Shown here: one piece after another, positions 9,587-22,257 of the stretch
How the letters are laid out: each line of letters starts with the position of its first letter
How positions within the stretch are numbered: position 1 is the first letter of the stretch
Source of the DNA: an uncultured Solirubrobacteraceae bacterium
Lineage (GTDB): Bacteria; Actinomycetota; Thermoleophilia; Solirubrobacterales; Solirubrobacteraceae
Length of the DNA stretch: 64,000 nt
Assembly: GCA_963721315.1 (NCBI GenBank)
Contig: CAVRIU010000007.1
Span: 79,215 to 143,214 of the forward strand
Direction of reading: 5' to 3'
Position numbers and translations under genes: made by a program
Notes under the pieces: generated by a model
Database searches by the model: none
The model's input: the letters and a program-made list of their open reading frames with translations, nothing else
Told to the model about the DNA's origin: nothing

Positions 9587-10865
9587 CTAGTGGCGTCGGT
9601 CTAGTTCGACCGCTGCCTTGATCACCTTGTTGAACACCAGCTTCCCGCCTTCGGCCGTGTATCCGCCGTAGTCGCTCAGCGTGGTGTCGCCGTCCGGGTC
9701 GATGTCGTAGGTCCCCAGCGGGCTCTCGCGGCCCTTGGTGGCGAAGAACGCGTCGATCACGGCCTTCTTGTCGTCGCCGCCCTGGGCGATCGCGTCGCAG
9801 ACGACTGCCATCGACTCGTAGCCATAGACGGCGTACGGGGCGATCTCGTCCTGTGCCTTGCCGTACTCGGCCTCGAAGTCCTTGTAGAACTGCTGGCCGG
9901 ACGGCGGCAGCTCCTCGGGGGCGAGCGTCGGCACCGTCAGGTACGACTGCGCCTGGACCTTGTCCGGTAGCTCGCCGACGTGCTCGGCCACGGCTACTCC
10001 GTCGGGGCCGAACAGCTTCGCATCCGGCATCGCCGCGTTCAGGTCCTTGTACAGCTGCGGGCTGTTGTTCTGGACGATCCCGGCCGTGAACACGGCGTCG
10101 GCGCCGCTGGACTTGATCTTCGAGCGCCAGCGCCCGGTAGTTCGACGCCTTGCCGTCCCAGGAATCCTCTCCGGCGAGCTTGATGCCCGAGCTTCTCCAG
10201 CGCGGCCTTGGCGTTCTTCGCGAGGCCCTTGCCGTACACCTCCGTGTCGTCGAGCACGTACACGCTCGTGACGCCCTCTTCCTTCATGTACGTGCGCCTG
10301 CGCGGCGGCCTGGATCGTGTCGATCGGCACGACGCGCCCGTAGTGGCGCTCGCCCGTCGGGTAGTACTTGTCGGGCTCGCCCGGCTCCGCACCCGTGCCG
10401 GACTTGGTGAGCCCGTAGCCGGTGTTGGACGGGCTGACCTGCAGGATGCCGGCCTCGTTGAGCGTCGGCATCGAGATCGCCGAGGCGCCCGAGTTGAACT
10501 CGCCGATGTAGGCGATCGCCTTGTCGTCCTGCGCCACTTCACGCGCGTTGGCCGAGGTCTGGCCCGCGTCCCACGTGCCGGCGGCCGCGGTCGAGTCGTC
10601 GAGCGGCTTGTACTCGATCGTCCAATCGCCGCACTTGCCGCCCTTCTGCTGGAGGGCGAGCCTGATGCCGTTCTGGACGTCCTCGGACTGCGGGCGCGCC
10701 GGCGCCCTGCAGCGGCAGCGACGAGTACACGTTCAGCGTGCCGCCGCCCTCGGACGAGGCGCCCCCGCCACCACCTTCTGGTTCGTCGTCGTCGCCGCAC
10801 GCGGCGACTCCAAAGGCCATTGCGGCCGTGAGGCAGCTCCACGCTGCCAGTCCACGAATATTCAA
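9587..10865 (-). CDS. ABC transporter substrate-binding lipoprotein (LivK/LivJ-like, periplasmic-binding-protein type 1); at least 4 frame breaks
   Basis: Signal/lipobox ...LTAAMAFGVAAC|GDDD. Pieces read TLNVYSSLPLQG, IAYIGEFNSGASAISMPTLNEAGILQVSPSNT, GVTSVYVLDDTEVYGKGLAKNAKAALEKLG and [33 protein letters not shown] Shine-Dalgarno sits before the TTG at 10865. Confidence 0.8.
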
Positions 10866-10928
10866 GTAACCCCTCCTCAAAGGGTTGAACCTTGATCTGA
10901 GCGCGCGATTCTAGTGCTCGCGCCGGAA

Positions 10929-10949
10929 GTGACGCAAATCTTGCGTTAC
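10929..10949. promoter_or_regulatory. near-palindrome GTGACGCAA-ATC-TTGCGTTAC upstream of the liv binding-protein gene (operator or weak terminator of the upstream small gene)
   Basis: 9-bp arms with one mismatch, seen directly. It lies 8 nt after the stop of ORF 10957..11163 and ~65 nt upstream of the SBP start. Confidence 0.35.
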
Positions 10950-10956
10950 GGCCGCG

Positions 10957-11163
10957 TTAGCGTGGGCTCCAGCCGCGGTCGACATCCTCGTTGCTGCGGT
11001 TGCCGGGAGCGGCCGGTCCGAACACGCGGAACGTGGCCGCCACGACGACCATCCCGACCGTGATCATGAACGCGTCGAACGACTTGACGCCGATCGCCCA
11101 CAGCACGATCCAGACGGTCAGCCCGGCGATGGTGGTGAGCAGTAGCCCCATTGCGCGGATCAT
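10957..11163 (-). CDS. small two-TM membrane protein (hypothetical)
   Basis: Intact 68-aa ORF MIRAMGLLLTTIAGLTVWIVLWAIGVKSFDAFMITVGMVVVAATFRVF between trpA and the liv operon. Confidence 0.45.
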   Translation of the reverse strand: MIRAMGLLLTTIAGLTVWIVLWAIGVKSFDAFMITVGMVVVAATFRVFGPAAPGNRSNEDVDRGWSPR

Positions 11164-11243
11164 AGTGCTCCGCCGGTCATCCGGACGGCGTTCTGATTGA
11201 CATGCCGGACTTCCATGTCCGGACTTGACCGGGCTGCGCCCTC

Positions 11244-12035
11244 TTACTGGAGAGCGGCCGCGAAACCGGCGACCAGCTCGCCCACCGCGGCGGCCGGGTC
11301 CGAAGCCTCCGCGGCAGCGCGCACGAGCCGTGAGCCGATGATCACGCCGTCGGCCCCGGCGGCCGCCGCCTCGGCTGCTGCCTCGGGCGTGGCGATCCCG
11401 AAGCCGAGCGCCACCGGGACGTCGAAGTGCGCCTTGGTGCGCGCGATCACCGCCGGCAGGTCATCGGCCAGCGCCCCGCGCTCGCCCGTCGTGCCGGTCA
11501 CTGACGACGGTGTAGACGAAGCCGCGCGCGCTGCGCCCGATCGCCGCGAGCCGCTCGTCCGGGGTCGTCGGCGCGACCAGCCCGACGAGCGCGATCCCGG
11601 CCGCGTCGCAGGCGGCGAGCGCCGCACCCGCTTCCTCGAGCGGCAGGTCCGGGACGATCAGGCCGCTGATCCCGCGCGCGGCGAGATCGTCGGCGAAGCG
11701 CTCGGTGCCGCGCGCGAGCACGAGGTTGGCGTAGCACATCAGCACCACCGGGACCGTGTCGGCGAGCGCGCGCCCGAGCTCGAGCACGCCGTGGACCGTC
11801 GCGCCCGCCGCCAGCGCGGCGGTCCCGGCGGCGTGGATCACCGGGCCGTCGGCGAGCGGGTCGGAGAACGGCACGCCCAGCTCGACGAGGTCGGCGCCGT
11901 GCTCGCCGTAGGCCTCGCCGATCGCGCGCGACGTGTCGAGATCGGGGAAGCCGCCCATCAGGTACGGCATCAGCGCAGCGCGGCCGGCCGACGCCGCGAA
12001 CGCCGCGGCGATCGTGTCCTGCCCGGTGGCGACGC

Positions 12036-12039
<4 letters not shown>
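11244..12039 (-). CDS. trpA: tryptophan synthase alpha chain; frame break ~11510
   Basis: [38 protein letters not shown]|[17 protein letters not shown]. The GTG start overlaps the trpB stop (GTGA 12036-12039). Confidence 0.92.
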
Positions 12040-13215
<1,176 letters not shown>

Positions 13216-13219
<4 letters not shown>

Positions 13220-13884
13220 GTGCCCGCCTCGACCGGCTTGCGCTCGGCCGCGGCGGCCATGAACGCGGCCAGCCGGTCCGGGTCCTTGACGCCGGGCGTG
13301 GCCTCGACGCCGGACGCGACGTCGACCGCCCACGGGTCGACCGCCTCGATCCCGGCGGCGACGTTCTCCGCGGTCAGCCCGCCGGAGAGGATCACCGGCG
13401 TCCCGCGCCGCCGGCGCGCGGCGATCGCCCAGTCCCAGGTCTCCCCCGTGCCCCCGCGCAGTCCGCGCGCCGCCGTGTCGAGCAGGTGGAAGTCGGTGTG
13501 GAAGCGCTCGAGGTCCTGCAGGTCGGCGGCGCCGGCGACGTGCGCCGCCTTGATCACCTTCGCGCCCGTGCGACGGGCGGCCTCGGAGCAGAACGCCGGG
13601 CCCTCGTCGCCGTGCAGCTGCAGGTGCGAGAGGTGCAGCTCCTCGGCGGCGTGCGCGACCTGCTCGAGCGTCGGGTTGACGAACACGCCGACCAGCTCGA
13701 TCCGGCGGCGCAGCGCCGCGGCGATGCGGGCGGCGACGTCCGGGTCGGCCGCGCGCGGCGACTGCGGCCAGAGGATGAAGCCGAGCGCCCAGGCACCCAG
13801 CTCGACCGCGAGCTCGGCGTCCTCGCGGCGGGTGATGCCACAGATCTTGACGCGCGTCAGCAGACGCAGCGTAGACGGCGTCAG
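13216..13884 (-). CDS. trpF: phosphoribosylanthranilate isomerase; no canonical start (CTG in a CTGA overlap with the trpC stop, or a masked trpC-trpF fusion)
   Basis: [35 protein letters not shown]...HLQLHGDE...[12 protein letters not shown]. The stop overlaps the trpB GTG (13216-13219). Confidence 0.85.
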
Positions 13885-14662
13885 GCGCTGCCGGAGAGCT
13901 CGTGGCAGGCGGCCTCGATGTCGGGCGCGCGCATCAGCGTCTCGCCGATCAGCACGGCGTCGACGCCGACGCGGTCGAGCTCGTCGAGCTGCTCGCGCGT
14001 CGAGAAGCCGGACTCCGACACGACCGTCTTTCCCGCCGGCACGTCGGAGAGCAGCTCGTAGGTGCGCTCGATGTCGACGGAGAAGTCCGCCAGGTCGCGG
14101 TTGTTGATGCCGATCACCTCGGCCTCGACCTCCAGCGCAGCCTCGAGCTCCTCCTCGTCGTGGACCTCGACGAGCACGTCGAGGTCGAGCGCCCAGGCCT
14201 CGCGGTGCAGCTCTGCGAGCTCCTCCGGCTCGAGCGCCGCGACGATCAGCAGGATCGCGTCGGCGCCCGGCGGCCGCCGACTCGTAGAGCTGGTAGGGGT
14301 CGACGATGAAGTCCTTGCGCAGCACCGGCAGGTGCGTCGCGGCGCGGGCGGCGACGCAGGTCGTCGAGCGAGCCGGCGAAGTGGAACGGCTCGGTGAGGA
14401 TCGACAGCGCGGCCGCGCCGCCGCGCTCGTAGGCGCGCACGACGTCGGTCAGCTCGGCGCCCTCGCGGATCACGCCGGCCGACGGCGAGCGCCGCTTGTG
14501 CTCGGCGATCAGCGAGATGCCGGGGCGCGTGAGCGCCTCCTGGAAGGGCCGGCTCTCGGGCCGCGCGCCGAGCGCGGCCTCCAGCTGCGAGAGGGGCACG
14601 GTCTCGCGACGGCGCTCGACCTCGTCGCGCGTCGCCTCCACGATGCGGTCCAGCACGCTCAA
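13881..14662 (-). CDS. trpC: indole-3-glycerol phosphate synthase; frame breaks ~14345 and ~14265
   Basis: [80 protein letters not shown]. Confidence 0.92.
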
Positions 14663-15674
14663 GTCGGCGCCAGCTTACCCGTGAGCTCGACGAGCCGGTC
14701 CAGCGCCGCGGCGGCGGCGCCGTCGTCGATCGCCGCCTCGGCGGCCCGGACCCCGCTGCGCCAGGCCGTCGGCGCGGCCCGCGGCGTAGATCGCGGCGCC
14801 GGCGTTGAGCACCGCGAGGTCACGCGCCGGACCGCGCTCGCCGGCGAAGATCCGCCGCGTCGTCGCGCGCGTTGACGTCGGGCGGCCCGCCGGCGACGTC
14901 CTCGTAGGCCGCGCGCTCGAGCCCGACGTCCTCGGGCGTCGACCTCGTAGGTGCGCAGCTCGCCGCCGTCGACCTCGACGACGCGCGTCGCGCCCGACGG
15001 TGCTCAGCTCGTCCAGGCCGTCCAGGCTCGAGACGACGAGCGCGCGCTGCGGCGCCGAGCCGCGCGAGCGCGCCGGCGATCACCTCGAGGAACGCCGGGT
15101 CGGAGACGCCGATCACCTGGCGCGTCGCGCCCGGCGGGGTTGGTCAGCGGGCCGAGGAAGTTGAAGATCGTGCGCACGGCGAGCTCCTTGCGCACCGGCA
15201 CGACGAAGCGCGTCGCGCCGTGGTGCGCGGGCGCGAACATGAAGCCGAAGCCGACCTCCTCGATGCACTGCGCGACGGCCTCGGGCGCGAGGTCGATGCG
15301 CACGCCGAGCGCCTCGAGCACGTCGGCGGAGCCCGACAGGCCGGTGGCGGAGCGGTTGCCGTGCTTGGCGACCGCGCAGCCGGCGCCGGCGGCGATCAGC
15401 GCCGCGGTGGTCGAGACGTTGAAGGTCGGCCGCCCGCCGCCGGTGCCGGCCGTGTCGATCAGGTCGTCGCGGCCGGTGTTCGACCGGCGCGGCGAAGCGC
15501 CGCATCGTCGCGCGAGCCCGACCAGCTCGTCGACCGTCTCGCCCTTCGTGCGCAGCGCGATCAGCACGGCCGCCGTCTCGGTCTCGGACGCGTTGCCGGC
15601 CATGATCTCCGCCAGCACCGCGGACATGTCGCTCGGTCGCCAGGTCCTCGCGCGAGGCGAGCCGGTCGATCGCC

Positions 15675-15697
<23 letters not shown>
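14659..15697 (-). CDS. trpD: anthranilate phosphoribosyltransferase; many frame breaks
   Basis: [101 protein letters not shown]. The stop overlaps the trpC TTG (TTGA 14659-14662). Confidence 0.9.
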
Positions 15698-16252
<555 letters not shown>

Positions 16253-16256
<4 letters not shown>

Positions 16257-17726
16257 GGCCACGCCTCCTGGCGCGTCGCGAGCTCGATCGCGCGCGCGAC
16301 CGCGCGCGCCTTGTTGCGCGACTCCTCGTACTCGTAGTCGGGCTTCGCGTCGGCCACCGTGCCGCCGCCGGCCTGCATGTGCGCGCCGCCGTCGCGCAGC
16401 ACGACGGTGCGGATGCAGATGCAGGTGTCGAGCTCGCCCGTGTAGGAGAGGTAGCCGACCGCGCCGCCGTAGGCGCCGCGCTTGACCGGCTCGAGCTCGT
16501 CGATGATCTGCATCGCGCGCACCTTCGGCGCGCCCGACAGCGTGCCCGCGGGCAGGATCGAGCGCAGCGCGTCCATCGGGCCGACCTCCGGGCGCAGGCG
16601 GCCGCCGACCGACGAGACGATGTGCATCAGGTGCGAGTAGGTCTCGACCGCCATGAACGTCTCGACCTCGACGCTGCCGTACTCGCACACGCGGCCGAGG
16701 TCGTTGCGGCCGAGGTCGACGAGCATCACGTGCTCGGCGCGCTCCTTCTCGTCGGCGAGCAGGTCCTGCGCGATCGCCTGGTCCTCGTCGGCGTCGCCGC
16801 CGCGCGGCCGCGTGCCGGCGATCGGGCGCGTCGTCGCGCGCCCGCCGGCGACCGTGACGAGCGGCTCGGGCGAGGCGCCGACGATCTGGAAGTCCTCGAA
16901 GTCGAGGAAGTACATGTACGGCGACGGGTTGATCGCGCGCAGCCCGCGGTAGATCGAGAACGCGTCGACGGCGACCTCCGCCGACCAGCGCTGGGACGGG
17001 CACGACCTGGAAGGCGTCGCCGGCGTGGACGTACTCGACGATCCGCGCGACCATCGCCTCGAACGCCTCGCGCGGCATGTTGGGCTCGAAGTGCGGCTCG
17101 GCGCCGACGGCGCCCGCGAGCCGCGGCAGCGGGCCGGCGAGCCGCTCGCGCACCTCGGCGATCACGCCGAGCGCGCGCTCGTAGCCGGCCTCGACGCCCT
17201 CCTCCTCGACGTAGGCGTTGGCGAGGATCGTGACCGTGTGCTTGAGGTGGTCGAAGGCGACGAGCGCGTCGGTCAGCATCAGCGCGAGGTCGGGCAGCCC
17301 GATCGTGTCCGCGTTCGGCGGGCCGAGCGGCTCGACGGCGCGCACGCAGTCGTAGCCGAAGAAGCCGACCGCGCCGCCGGCGAACGGCGGCAGGTCCGGG
17401 CAGCGGCGCCTGGCGCTGGCGCTCGACCTCGGCGGCCGCGAGCGCGTAGGGGTCGCCGCCGTCGGCCAGGCTCCAGCGCACGACGCGGCGCGGCCGGTAG
17501 CCGATGAACGACCAGCGCCCGACGCGCTGGCCCTGCTCGGCGGACTCGAGCAGGAACGCGGGGCCGGCGCCGCGCAGCTTGAGGAAGGCGGAGACCGGCG
17601 TCTCGCAGTCCTCCAGGAACGTGCTGGCGGACCGGCACGAGGTTGTGCTCGGCGGCGAGCGCGCGCACCTCGTCGAGCGCCGGGCTCGACGCCGAGCCGC
17701 AGCTCCGACTCAGCGGCGACGGCCAC
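16253..17726 (-). CDS. trpE: anthranilate synthase component I; several frame breaks
   Basis: [108 protein letters not shown]. Confidence 0.92.
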
Positions 17727-18320
17727 GCGAGCACCTCCTCGGCGTCGCGCGAGCGCGCAGCCGCGGCCGCGCAGCAGCACGGCGAGGTGGTAGAGCACGT
17801 CGGCGGCCTCCTCGGCCACGCGCTCGTCGGTCTCCTCGCGCGCGGCGCGCGCGACCTCCTCGGCCTCCTCGCGGACCTTCTCGCCGACCAGCGGCGGGTC
17901 GGCGAGCAGCTGCGCCGTGTAGGAGCCGGCGGGCGCCGACTCGCGCGCGCGCGGCGATCGTGCGCTCGAGCGCGGGCAGCACCTCGTGCGGCGCGGGCGG
18001 CTCGAGCTCGCCGCGGTGGAAGCAGGTGCGCTCGCCGGTGTGGCACGCCGGGCCCGGCCGGCTCGACCAGCGCGAGCAGCGCGTCGCCGTCGCAGTCGTA
18101 GCGGATCGCCCGCACCGCCTGGGTGTTGCCCGACGTCGCGCCCTTGTGCCACAGCTCGGCGCGCGAGCGGCTCCACAGGTGCAGCTCGCCGGTGCGCGCG
18201 CGTCGCGGCGAGCGCCTCGGCGTTCATGTACGCGAGCGTGAGCACCTCGCCCGAGCGCCAGTCCTGGATCACGCAGGGCACGAGGCCCTGCTCGTCGTAG
18301 GCGATCGCCGAGTCGTCCAT
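17710..18320 (-). CDS. hisIE: bifunctional phosphoribosyl-AMP cyclohydrolase / phosphoribosyl-ATP pyrophosphatase; about 3 frame breaks
   Basis: [70 protein letters not shown], then the HisE part [32 protein letters not shown]. It overlaps the trpE start by ~17 nt. Confidence 0.85.
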
Positions 18321-18349
18321 GCGAACGCCGGATCGTAGTATCCGCGCCG

Positions 18350-19297
18350 ATGCGAGCCGCCGATCCTGCACGCCCACGGCGCGGTCCCGGAGCTCGGGGA
18401 GTTCCGCGACCCCGCGCCCGCGGACGGCGACGAGGTCGTCGACGGTCGTCGCCGCGGGCATGAACCCGGTCGACATCCGGATCGCCGGCGGGCAGTTCCC
18501 GCTCGAGCGCCACGAGCCGCCCTACGTCGCCGGCAAGGAGGGCGTCGGGCGGCGCGCGGACGGCAGCCTCGTCTACTTCGAGTACAGCCGCGAGCCGTTC
18601 GGCGCGTTCGCCGAGCGCGACGCTGCTCGCGGCGGGCAGCGGCTACCCGCTGCCCGACGGGCTCGACCCGGCGCTCGCGGTCTGCCTCGGCGTCTCCGGG
18701 CTCGCGGCCTGGCTGTCGCTGGAGTGGCGCGCGCGGCCTGCAGCCGGGCGAGACCGTGCTCGTGCTCGGCGCGAGCGGCGTCGTCGGCCAGATCGGCGTC
18801 CAGGCCGCGCAGCTGCTCGGCGCCGGGCGCGTCGTCGCGGCCGCGCGCAGCGCCGAGGGGCTGGAGCGCGCGCGCCGGCTCGGCGCCGACGCCGTCGGTC
18901 GACCTGCGAGGCCGCCGACGACCTCGCGGGCGCGCTGCGCGAGGCCGCGGGCGGCGACGGCTTCGACGTCGTGCTCGACCCGCTCTGGGGCGAGCCGCGC
19001 GGCGGCGCTCGGCGCGCTGGCGCCGTTCGGCCGGCTCGTCGCACATCGGCCAGTCGGCGGGCGCCGAGGCCAGCGCTCGCCTCGGCCGCGATCCGCGCCA
19101 CGCCCGTCGACCTGCTCGGCTACACGAACTACACCGCCGGCGAGGAGCGCAAGGCCGCGGCGTACGCGCGGCTCGCGCAGCACGCCGCCGCGGGCGAGAT
19201 CGCGGTCGAGATCGAGCGCATCGGCCTCGACGACGTGCCCGACGCCTGGCAGCGCCAGGGCAGCTCGCCAGGCCGCAAGCTCGTCGTCGTGCCGTGA
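18350..19297 (+). CDS. zinc-type alcohol dehydrogenase / quinone oxidoreductase family (MDR); about 5 frame breaks
   Basis: [77 protein letters not shown], ...[18 protein letters not shown]. Confidence 0.8.
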
Positions 19298-20425
19298 GCA
19301 CGCGGTCGCAAGCGCGCGGCGAAGCGCGGGTGCGCCTGCTCGAGGTACCAGCCGAACGCGCGCCGGCAGGGCCGCTCGCGGCCGACCACGGCCAGCAGCG
19401 CGGTCAGCACGCGCGGCGGCAGCGCGGGGATCAGGCGCTGCAGCCGCAGCGCGGTCGTGAACGCCGGCGCGTGCGAGTCCGAGAACGCGCCGTAGGCCGC
19501 GAGCGCCTCGTCGCGGGTCGCCTCGCCGTCCAGCACGCGGCGCAGCTCGCGCGCCGCAGGCGATGCCGAAGTAGAACGCCGTCCGGATCCCCTCGCCCGA
19601 GAGCGGCAGGCAGTGGCCGGCGCTGTCGCCGGCGAAGAAGACGCCGTCCTCGACGGCCGGGCGCAGCGCGTGCGGGAACCAGTTGCCCTGGTAGCGGACG
19701 GGCGGCACGCCGAGCCGGCCGCGATCGTCGCGCGTCGGCTCCTTGACGTGGTCGCGCGGCTCGTAGGAGCCGACGCCGACGCGCTGCTCGCCGCCGGCCG
19801 GGACCGACCAGGCGTAGCCGTGGCGGATCAGCGAGCGGTCGATCCAGACGTCGAGGTCGGCGTCGCCGCCGCGCGCGTCGGGATGGACCTCGAGCCCGCG
19901 CGAGATCAGCGCCTCGGGCGGCTGCACGTTCGGCCCGGCGCCCGAGCACGCGGCGCCAGCCGAGCGCGTCGACGACCAGCGGCGCGGTGAGCGTCGCCGC
20001 GGTCGGTGCGCGATCGGCTGCGCCGCGCGCGCGCGCTCGACCTTGGCGACCTCGAAGCGCGCGTCCCGCACTGCTCCCACAGCTCGTGGCAGAGCGTCGC
20101 GGTAGTCGAACGAGGACCAGCTCCACGGCAGCCGGAAGCGGGCCGAGCCGTGCGGCGTGTGGAACGCCATGCACGGCAGCTCCTGGCGGATCGCCTCGCG
20201 CACGCCCATCGCGTGCAGCCACGGCGTCGGCGCGGCGCACGCCGACGTCTGGCGCTCGCCGATCTCGTAGCGGTCGACGACCAGCACGTCGGCGCCGGCG
20301 CCGGCGAGCTCGCGCGCGACCGCGAGCCCGGCGAAGCTGGCGCCGCAGATCAGCACGTCCGCGCGCGCGGCGTCGCCGGCGAGCGGCGTGCGCTCGGCGC
20401 CGCGCAGCGTCGCCCGGCGCGTCAC
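19129..20425 (-). CDS. FAD-dependent oxidoreductase, geranylgeranyl-reductase-like; several frame breaks, 3-prime end uncertain (as sequenced it overlaps the qor 3-prime end by ~170 nt)
   Basis: DVLICGASFAGLAVARELAGAGADVLVVDR dinucleotide fold, GYAWSVPAGGEQRVGVGSY, VFFAGDSAGHCLPLSGEGIRTAFYFG. The GTG overlaps the upstream stop (GTGA 20422-20425). Confidence 0.7.
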
Positions 20426-21278
20426 CGGCGCAGCGCTCCCAGCGCGGCGCCCGGCACCTGCCACGCGCGCACCCCCGCGCGCCGGCCGAGCACGTCGAAG
20501 TCGATCCGCTCGACGCGGTCGAGCACGCGCAGGTAGATCGCCGACGGCGAAGCGCACGCCGGTCCGCACGGACCCGGGCGCCGCCGCGATCGCGGGCTCG
20601 CTCTCGGCGAACAGCGCGCGCGCGCGACGCACCTCGTGCGCGAGCAGCGCGCGCAGCTCGGGCGAGGCGTGCGCGCCGCTCAGGTCGCCCTCCTCCACGC
20701 CGAAGCGCGCGCGGTCCTCGGCGGGCAGGTAGACGCGGTCCAGGCTCGCGTCCTCGCGCACGTCGCGGATGAAGTTGGCGAGCTGGAACGCCTGCCCGAG
20801 CCGCCCGTAGCCGGCGTGGTGGCGCTCCGGGACGCCGAGCAGCGGCGCCATGATGCGGCCGACCGAGCCGGCCGAGCCGTCCATGTAGGCCTCGAGCTCG
20901 GGCCAGGTCTCGATCCGCACCGGCGCGCAGTCGATCCGCATCGAGCGCATGTAGGTGCGCAGCTCGCCGAGCGGCAGCCGGTGGCGGCGGCCGGCGTCGA
21001 CGAGCGCGCCGACGACCGGGTTGCGGCGAGCGACCCGCGGCCAGCCCGCGCTCGAGCTCGCGCTCCCAGGCGTCCAGCGCCGCGCGGCGCGCCTCGGCGC
21101 TCGCCGGCCGGCGCGGGCCGTCGACGATCTCGTCGGCGGTGCGCACGTAGCCGTAGAGCGCGTGCGTCGCGGGCCGGATCTCGGCGGGCAGCCGGCGCGT
21201 GGCCCAGTAGTAGGTCGGGTCGTGACGGCGGTGCATGCGCCGGCACGTCTCGTAGGAGTGGTCGAGCGTCAGGTCCAT
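20422..21278 (-). CDS. phytoene/squalene synthase family protein (CrtB/HpnD-like); about 3 frame breaks. Alternative ATG at 21293
   Basis: SYETCRRMHRRHDPTYYWATRRLP, ALYGYVRTADEIVD (first Asp-rich motif), TWPELEAYMDGSAGSVG, QLANFIRDVREDASLDRVYLP (second Asp-rich motif). Confidence 0.85.
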
Positions 21279-21305
21279 CCGTTCACCCGTCATGCTGTCA
21301 GACGC

Positions 21306-22248
21306 ATGGAGAACCTCCTGCTCGACCGCGCCCTGCTGTACGTCACGGGCAAGGGCGGTGTCGGCAAGACGACCGTCGCCGCGGCGCTCGGGCTGGCGGC
21401 CGCGGCGCGCGGGCGGCGGACGATCGTCTGCGAGGTCGCCGAGCAGGACCGCGTCTCGCGCGCCTTCGCCCGCCACGGCGTGCGGCGCGAGCAGGAGGTC
21501 CAGCTGGCCGAGAACCTGTGGGCGATCAGGATCGACCCGACCGCGGCGCTGCAGGAGTGGCTCGGGCGCCAGCTCGGCGGGCACGGCGCTGCGGCTGATC
21601 ACCGGCTCGTCGGCGTTCCAGCACTTCGTCGCCGCCGCGCCGGGCGCGAAGGAGCTGATCACGATCGCCAAGGTCTGGGAGCTCGCGCAGGTCGAGCGCT
21701 GGGACGCCGCGAACCGCACCTACGACCTCGTGATCGTCGACGCGCCCTCCTCCGGCCACGGCCTCGCGATGCTGACGGCGCCGAGCACGTTCGGCGAGAT
21801 CGCGCGCGTCGGGCCGATCCGGCGCCAGGCGTTCAAGATCCGCGACATGCTCGCCGACCCGCGCGCACCGGCTACGTCGCGGTCGCGCTGCCCGAGGAGA
21901 TGCCGGTCAACGAGACGCTCGAGCTCGGCGACGCGGCTGCACGACGCGATCGGGCTCGGGCTCGACGCGATCGTCGTCAACGGCGTCTATCCGGCGCGCT
22001 TCAACGGCAAGGAGGCGGAGGCGCTGCGCGCGGCGGCCGCGAACGGGCTGGAGCCCGGACGCGCTGGCGGCCGTTCGCGCCGCGCTGTCCGAGCACGAGC
22101 GCGCGCGGACGCAGCGCGCGCACGTGCGCCGGCTCAAGCGCGAGGCCGGCGCGCCGGTGCACACGCTGCCGTTCCTGTTCGACGCCGAGGTCGGGCTGGA
22201 GGAGTACGCGACGCTGGCGGTGAAGCTCGGGCGCGATCTGGGGTAGGC
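21306..22248 (+). CDS. ArsA/GET3-family P-loop ATPase; about 5 frame breaks
   Basis: LLYVTGKGGVGKTTVAAALG (deviant Walker A), GAKELITIAKVWEL, YDLVIVDAPSSGHGLAML, GYVAVALPEEMPVNET. Confidence 0.8.
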
Positions 22249-22257
22249 GGTCGTCCG

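Noticed and set aside
11164-11243. Repeated ATG(C/T)CCGGACTT(C/G) 12-mers and the GTCCGGAC palindrome between trpA and the small membrane gene.
   Set aside because: These are short, imperfect motifs that can only form 6-bp hairpins. They could be a weak trp-operon terminator, but the evidence is too thin to call a feature.
17727-18320. Search for a trp leader peptide or attenuator upstream of trpE.
   Set aside because: hisIE coding sequence overlaps the trpE start, so there is no untranslated leader. No tandem Trp-codon mini-ORF was seen.
18269-20950. 893-aa minus-strand ORF. Similar giants occur at 43546..46764 (1072 aa), 47809..50526 (905 aa), 52161..54563 (800 aa), 15675..18476 (933 aa) and 38200..40095 (631 aa).
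   Set aside because: These are chimeric read-throughs. In ~70+% GC DNA stop codons are rare in every frame. The translations are Arg/Ala/Pro/Gly-rich junk interspersed with short in-frame pieces of the real genes (hisIE, trpE/G, proA/B, obg and others). Real genes were recovered by motif tracing across frames.
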